32,000 nt of DNA from Wolbachia endosymbiont of Cimex lectularius. Lineage in GTDB: Bacteria > Pseudomonadota > Alphaproteobacteria > Rickettsiales > Anaplasmataceae. Under the pieces are notes generated by a model. The model saw nothing but the letters and a program-made list of their open reading frames with translations, was not told the DNA's origin and did not search any database. The position numbers were made by a program, and so were the translations under genes. The stretch lies in assembly GCF_000829315.1 (NCBI RefSeq), contig NZ_AP013028.1, positions 1,020,001 to 1,052,000 of the forward strand. Direction: 5' to 3'. Shown piece after piece: positions 27,300-32,000 of this stretch (position 1 is the first letter of the stretch; the number at the start of each line of letters is the position of its first letter).

Positions 27300-27907
27300 T
27301 CATCTATTTAGTATAGTGTACCAGTCAAAGACCATATTAGCTCTCACTATCTCTATCATATTACCATTCAAAATCTGATTCATAGTTGAAGCATCAATAT
27401 CTCTCTCTTTATTTAGAATAAGAGATTTGATCGTAACATAACCAGGCAGACTTGGAATAGACTGTAAAAATAAAAAAATATGCTTATCGCTAATTGAACT
27501 GAAGTTTAGGGTAACTTTACTTTTTATCACTTTTGTGTGTTCAGTTTCACCGTGTAATTCAACTTCCTCAGGTATGGAAATTGATATCTCAGGCTCTAGT
27601 ATGTAGTATTTTTTATATAGCTTGCCAAGCTCGAAATTCAGATTTGCAATGTATCTGCTGCTGTGTAAATTTGAAGAAGAAATTCTTTTCCACAAATCTA
27701 GGTTTTTATTTAAAACAACTTCCTTTTTTTGGACTTCAGTGATTTGTAGATTTATAGAACGTATCTCATCAATGGCATTTTGGTTTTTACTATGGACTTT
27801 TTTGTATAAATAACAACGTAAGTTAACGCCCCTATTAACCCAACAGATAATAACAAATAAAACACAAGTTGAATTGCAACTCTTTTTTTTAATTGGAAGA
27901 TATTCAT
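27300..27907 (-). pseudogene. PilO/GspM-like inner membrane protein, frameshifted (listed ORF 27300-27695 is only the C-terminal part)
   Basis: ATG at 27907 gives MNIFQLKKRVAIQLVFYLLLSVGLIGALTYVVIYTKK then the other frame continues VHSKNQNAIDEIRSINLQITEVQKKEVVLNKNLDLWKRISSSN...; switch at the A-run ACAAAAAAGTC; C-terminal FLQSIPSLPGYVTIKSLIL. Confidence 0.6.
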
Positions 27908-27911
27908 TAGT

Positions 27912-29181
27912 TTACATAGCCTCTCCTATTTTAACATCAATAGATATATTTTGCTTTTTAATGACAGGCAAACTAGAAATATCAATGTCATAGGTGCGAA
28001 AATTGTTGTTTAATTTTTTTTGTAGTTCCTTGTATTGATAAGAAACACCTTTGCCAGGTTGAAAGTCAAAACTTAAAGCTGTAGTAATATAATTTTCCGC
28101 CTCATTATAACTCCACTTAAATGATTGAAGTTCGACACCCGGTACTTTTAATTTTTCTACATACCTCACTTGCACAAGAGGAGAATATTCCATCTTAGAT
28201 AAAATGTTATTGATGTTAATAAAATCATAGACCTCACTTATTCTTTTCACATTATAGTTTTGGCTGAGTTTCATTAATTGATTATCTAAGGCTCCCTTTC
28301 TTGCTGATAAATTACCGGCAACGTTAAGATTTGAATGCAAACTTAACAAATAAAGGGTGTTGATTACAATTAAAATTGAAGCAAAGTATAGAAAAATTCG
28401 AGGAGAGTGAAAATAAAGGTAATTTAATAGATAAAATTCTTTAGTTTCTTTTGTATTGAAAATAGCTGCCGGCTTATTCTTAAAACTGTGGAATAGAATT
28501 ATGGTATCGCAGAAACTGTCTTTCTCACTTACAACTAATTCTAACCCTAGCAATTTACCCAGCTCATATGGAGTTAATATGCTCACGCTATTCTCCGAAA
28601 AACTTATGATTGATAAACTAGTCTTAATATCTTCTGGTACTACCATGCAAAGGTCGATAAGGTCGTTTTTCTTGAGGCCAAACTTAGTTAAGGACCGAAT
28701 AGTATTTCGCACTTCTTGATATATTCCACCCGCAATAATTCCTGGTAGATTATCCTTAGTAAACGGCACTAAACGCGTAAATACCATTTTATTCTCTTTA
28801 AAAACCAACTTGTCTATAGCCTCCAGTTTTGGTTGCAACAACTATGATCTTCCAATTATCAGGGTCTTTATAGAAGACCTTTTTTGCCATATTATCTATT
28901 TCTATAGGAAACATTAATATTCCCTTAAAGTTAGAGCCTATCTCTATAAACACATTCAACCAATATTCCACTAAATGTTTTGCTTTTGATGACACAAGAA
29001 GATAATACCAGTTTTGGTTAAGTTTATTTGGTTTTTCAACCAAATAAACTGAGCTTATATCGTTATTGCGAGCAAAATGCTCCACCTTTGCTTTTGCTGA
29101 TAGGTAGGCACTAATCCTATTTACTTTTGGAATGGACTGTAGCAAGTAATTCTGATCTGCATGATTAAGTACTAGATACAA
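27912..29181 (-). pseudogene. PilM/PilN or GspL-like inner membrane protein, frameshifted (ORFs 28798-29181 and 27912-28841)
   Basis: First ORF ends ...VVATKTGGYRQVGF*; second frame continues VVFKENKMVFTRLVPF...; TM segment YLYFHSPRIFLYFASILIVINTLYLLSL. Removing one base of the GG at 28805-28806 restores a single frame. Confidence 0.6.
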
Positions 29182-29538
29182 AGGTGCTTTTTTATCCGAT
29201 GAAAGGCATAAATTTAGATCAGATACTGCTTTATCATTTTGTCCTTAATGAAATATCTTTTATTTAAAATGTTATTTTTGAAATATAGTAATATTATACC
29301 TCCTTCTCCAACAGAAAGCATGAACCTACTTTTGGATTTTAAACTAAACATATTAACAGAGTGTATACTTATCCATAATTAAAAAAGCAATTTATTGAAA
29401 TTTATTAAACGTTATAGGGAAATATTGTTATAAATTTCTACAACAACATTATTTATATTATAATTTTATTAATAAATTTAGTACTAATATTAACCAATTT
29501 ATATAATAAAATTAAGAAAATTTATTTTACAATTTTAA

Positions 29539-29567
29539 TTGACATAAATCATTAACCTGGTTATGAT
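29539..29567 (+). promoter_or_regulatory. Consensus sigma70 promoter (TTGACA - 17 nt - TATGAT), + strand
   Basis: TTGACA 29539-29544, TATGAT 29562-29567; both flanking genes are on the minus strand. Confidence 0.45.
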
Positions 29568-29649
29568 TAATATAGTATTAATACGTGGGGTAAAAAAGTG
29601 GTATCTGTGCAGCTAAGCAGTGTGAGAAATAATAGCTATATATAAGCTA

Positions 29650-30870
29650 CTATTGAACATAATACACACAATTAAAGCTATTACAACTTGAACACTTGTA
29701 ATCCCACTGCTTTAGCTGTTTACTACAGTTTTTACATTTCCAACATGGGTCAGGCAAAGCTTCTGAACCCATCTTGTTTAGTAAGTGAATTGCCTCGTCG
29801 TATTCTTGCAATTTAATTTTAAGCCGCACCATAATAAGGTAGACTGATATGTAATTAGCTTTTTTCATAGCAATGTCTAGATGTTGATTTGCAAGATCAT
29901 ACTTACCTAAGCTAATTGAAGATAAAGCAAGTAAACAATAACTAAAATAATAATCAGGACGCAAGCCGTATAGTTTTTCAGCACCTTTACTATTTAAACT
30001 GATGTAAATTTTTGCTGACTCAGGAGTAGGATTTACTGTATACTCTGCCTCTAGTACTGCAGAAGCTTTTCTGATTTTTCCAAGTTTAATATATAATTTC
30101 GCCTTTAAATAATTGATAGGCTGAAAAGTTGCGCAATGATTTTGTGCTCTAAATAAAGACTTTATAGCTTCCTTATAATTCCCTTTACTTTCATATTGCT
30201 TTGCTAAAGCGCAATAAAAAACTGCTAACATTTTTTTGCAATCAAAAGGAAGAAAAATATTGAACTTCGCAGCTTCCTTTAACTTCAAAATTGCGCAAGC
30301 CCAATCTTCTTGTAATATGCAATGCTCTATTTGAAAGGGAATAGACAGAATTTTATCATTAACCGAACTTGAGCAATACTCTATGAATTTTTGAAAGATT
30401 GCTCCTTCTTGTTTGAGATGGACAATTAGTTTATTGGCCAGAAGTAGAGCTAAGTTGCGATTTTTACTTGCAATGTTTGTTAAACCATTGCTGAAGAAGC
30501 TGTAATTTCCCATCTTACCTGAGTTAAAGAGCTTTATTAAAGATAACTTATCGCTTTCCTCATTTAGATTTTTAACCAGCTTGTGAGCGTTCTCTGTATT
30601 GCCCAAATCCATGCTAAAAAGAGCTTCAAAAAGAAGCAATTCTTCTTTATCCTTTCTTCTATTTCTTATGTTGGCAAATGTTGATGAAATGGAAGAACAA
30701 AAGCGTGCAAGTATAATTAATAAAAACAATAAAAATACACAAGCAAAAATAATGAAATATAGATCAACACTTATAGTGTAACTGCCTAATTCTAATCTCA
30801 TTACTTCACCGCTCACTTTGACCCATATGCCAAATAAAAAAGAGAGAGCGAAAACTATGAAGTAAATCAT
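29650..30870 (-). CDS. HemY-like membrane-anchored TPR protein with C-terminal Cys4 motif
   Basis: N-terminal two-TM region (MIYFIVFALSFLFGIWVKVSGEVMRLELG), TPR-like repeats, terminal CWKCKNCSKQLKQWDYKCSSCNSF. Confidence 0.6.
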   Translation of the reverse strand: MIYFIVFALSFLFGIWVKVSGEVMRLELGSYTISVDLYFIIFACVFLLFLLIILARFCSSISSTFANIRNRRKDKEELLLFEALFSMDLGNTENAHKLVKNLNEESDKLSLIKLFNSGKMGNYSFFSNGLTNIASKNRNLALLLANKLIVHLKQEGAIFQKFIEYCSSSVNDKILSIPFQIEHCILQEDWACAILKLKEAAKFNIFLPFDCKKMLAVFYCALAKQYESKGNYKEAIKSLFRAQNHCATFQPINYLKAKLYIKLGKIRKASAVLEAEYTVNPTPESAKIYISLNSKGAEKLYGLRPDYYFSYCLLALSSISLGKYDLANQHLDIAMKKANYISVYLIMVRLKIKLQEYDEAIHLLNKMGSEALPDPCWKCKNCSKQLKQWDYKCSSCNSFNCVYYVQ

Positions 30871-31598
30871 GAGATATATTGTAATAAGTGATGATATATT
30901 ATTGAAATATTCTTAGAAGCTACAATAAAACCATTTAATTTACTGAGCCATGGTTTAAATTCTGGATGTGTTAAATCGCCTATTGTGGTAGCTATGCTCT
31001 GCCAATCATTATCGTTTATTGACTCCTCAATTTCTGCCAACTTTACTCTCAGTGGATCGTTTTTATCTTTTACCTTTATCCAGTTGGAAATGATTCTTTT
31101 AAAGAATGTACTCTTATTGTAGTCAATAACAGCAATGGTCTTTTCAAAAGATAACTTCAACTCATGTAAAGTATTTATCTCTTTTAAACTTTCCAATTCA
31201 CTCACTGCATTCTCTATCTCTGGGTCGTCAAGCTCCGATATTAAAGGCTTTATTGAATTTATATGATTATCAAATCTTGCTTCTTGTAATAACGAATTCT
31301 TCATTTTAATCACAAGTAGCAGCAATTTTGCAAGGTTCTTATGCCTTGAGCTACCATCACCTTGCTCACATTGAGTGTGCAGATTCCTCTTTAGTTCAAA
31401 CATCTTTTTTTCTATTCTAGATTGATTAACCTCAAGTAACATCTTGAGCTCATCTATGTTTTCCGTCAAAACCTTTATATTATCCTCGCTTTCTTGCTGA
31501 TTTATTTTTAAAAATACTATGTTATTTATTGTAATATAACTGACAAACAATAACACAATTAAGAACCAGCCTATGCATTTTTGCTGAGTATCATTCAT
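30867..31598 (-). CDS. Conserved membrane-anchored coiled-coil protein, possibly mitofilin-like (ORF open to 31649)
   Basis: Single N-terminal TM (CIGWFLIVLLFVSYITINNIVFLKI) followed by coiled-coil; adjacent to HemY-like gene. Confidence 0.4.
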   Translation of the reverse strand: MNDTQQKCIGWFLIVLLFVSYITINNIVFLKINQQESEDNIKVLTENIDELKMLLEVNQSRIEKKMFELKRNLHTQCEQGDGSSRHKNLAKLLLLVIKMKNSLLQEARFDNHINSIKPLISELDDPEIENAVSELESLKEINTLHELKLSFEKTIAVIDYNKSTFFKRIISNWIKVKDKNDPLRVKLAEIEESINDNDWQSIATTIGDLTHPEFKPWLSKLNGFIVASKNISIIYHHLLQYIS

Positions 31599-32000
31599 AC
31601 CGTAGTATCTCCGCAGGATCTTGCGCAGCTGCTTGTAATGCAGGAGCAATTGTTGCTAAAAATGACAGAAACAATGCAAGTGCAAAAATATTTACCACGT
31701 CTTGGGGAACTAATATCACTGGCAAGCTTGAAAAAAAGTATATCATAGGATCAAATAATTTAACGTTAGTGATGCTCTCTAAAAACACTCTAATATTTTC
31801 AATATTGAGAGAAAAAACAACACCTATAATACAGCCAAGACAAGTTCCTATAAAACCAATCAGTAGCCCACAAGTGCAAAATATGCGCATAATGCTTCCA
31901 GTTGTTGCACCAAATGTACGCATGATTGCAATTGCAGATTTCTTTTCTTGCACTATCATCATTAAATTTGAGACAATATTGAATGCTGCCACAATTATAA
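31591..32000 (-). CDS. Lipoprotein-releasing ABC transporter permease (LolC/LolE family), partial, open at window end
   Basis: AAFNIVSNLMMIVQEKKSAIAIMRTFGATTGSIMRIFCTCGLLIGFIGTCLG, C-terminal FLATIAPALQAAAQDPAEILRYE. Confidence 0.85.
   Translation of the reverse strand, partial: IIVAAFNIVSNLMMIVQEKKSAIAIMRTFGATTGSIMRIFCTCGLLIGFIGTCLGCIIGVVFSLNIENIRVFLESITNVKLFDPMIYFFSSLPVILVPQDVVNIFALALFLSFLATIAPALQAAAQDPAEILRYE

Noticed and set aside
1-32000. CRISPR array or cas genes
   Set aside because: No regularly spaced direct repeats; repeated short motifs are dispersed palindromic elements and IS copies.
1-32000. Toxin-antitoxin pair, cytoplasmic incompatibility factors or an antiphage defence island
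   Set aside because: No ORF with deubiquitinase, nuclease-toxin, ankyrin, restriction-modification or similar motifs was found by reading; the only phage gene is the truncated terminase.

Overview
This 32 kb window looks like an alpha-proteobacterial, Rickettsiales chromosome, most likely Wolbachia. The evidence is AT-richness, gene content, four near-identical IS5/IS1031-type insertion sequences and many short 'ATCCCAGTG...CACTGGGAT' palindromic repeats. Housekeeping genes recognised: GltD-like oxidoreductase (open at the left edge), fabZ, skp/ompH-like, bamA, rseP, sdhE-like, era, PolB-like 3'-5' exonuclease, xthA, hemD, a dicarboxylate symporter, prs, gatC, mtaB-like, dapA, ssb, tRNA-Arg(CCG), a HemY-like TPR protein and a lolC/E-type permease (open at the right edge). 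Accessory or decaying features: (i) four IS copies of 859-861 bp, three with matching TNA target duplications and one mismatched; (ii) an N-terminally truncated orphan phage terminase; (iii) a membrane-protein gene cleanly split by IS copy 4; (iv) a secretin gene with an IS two bases upstream of its apparent ATG; (v) a separate cluster of PilM/GspL-like, PilO-like and GspB/PilP-like genes, two with single-base frameshifts, which together with the secretin suggest a reduced or decaying type IV pilus/type II secretion-like machine; (vi) palindromic repeats inserted in frame in protein-coding genes, including dapA; (vii) ~0.45-0.5 kb inverted repeats flanking xthA-hemD-symporter; (viii) a consensus promoter followed immediately by a terminator with no ORF, a candidate small RNA. 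All family assignments are from reading protein motifs; no database search was run.
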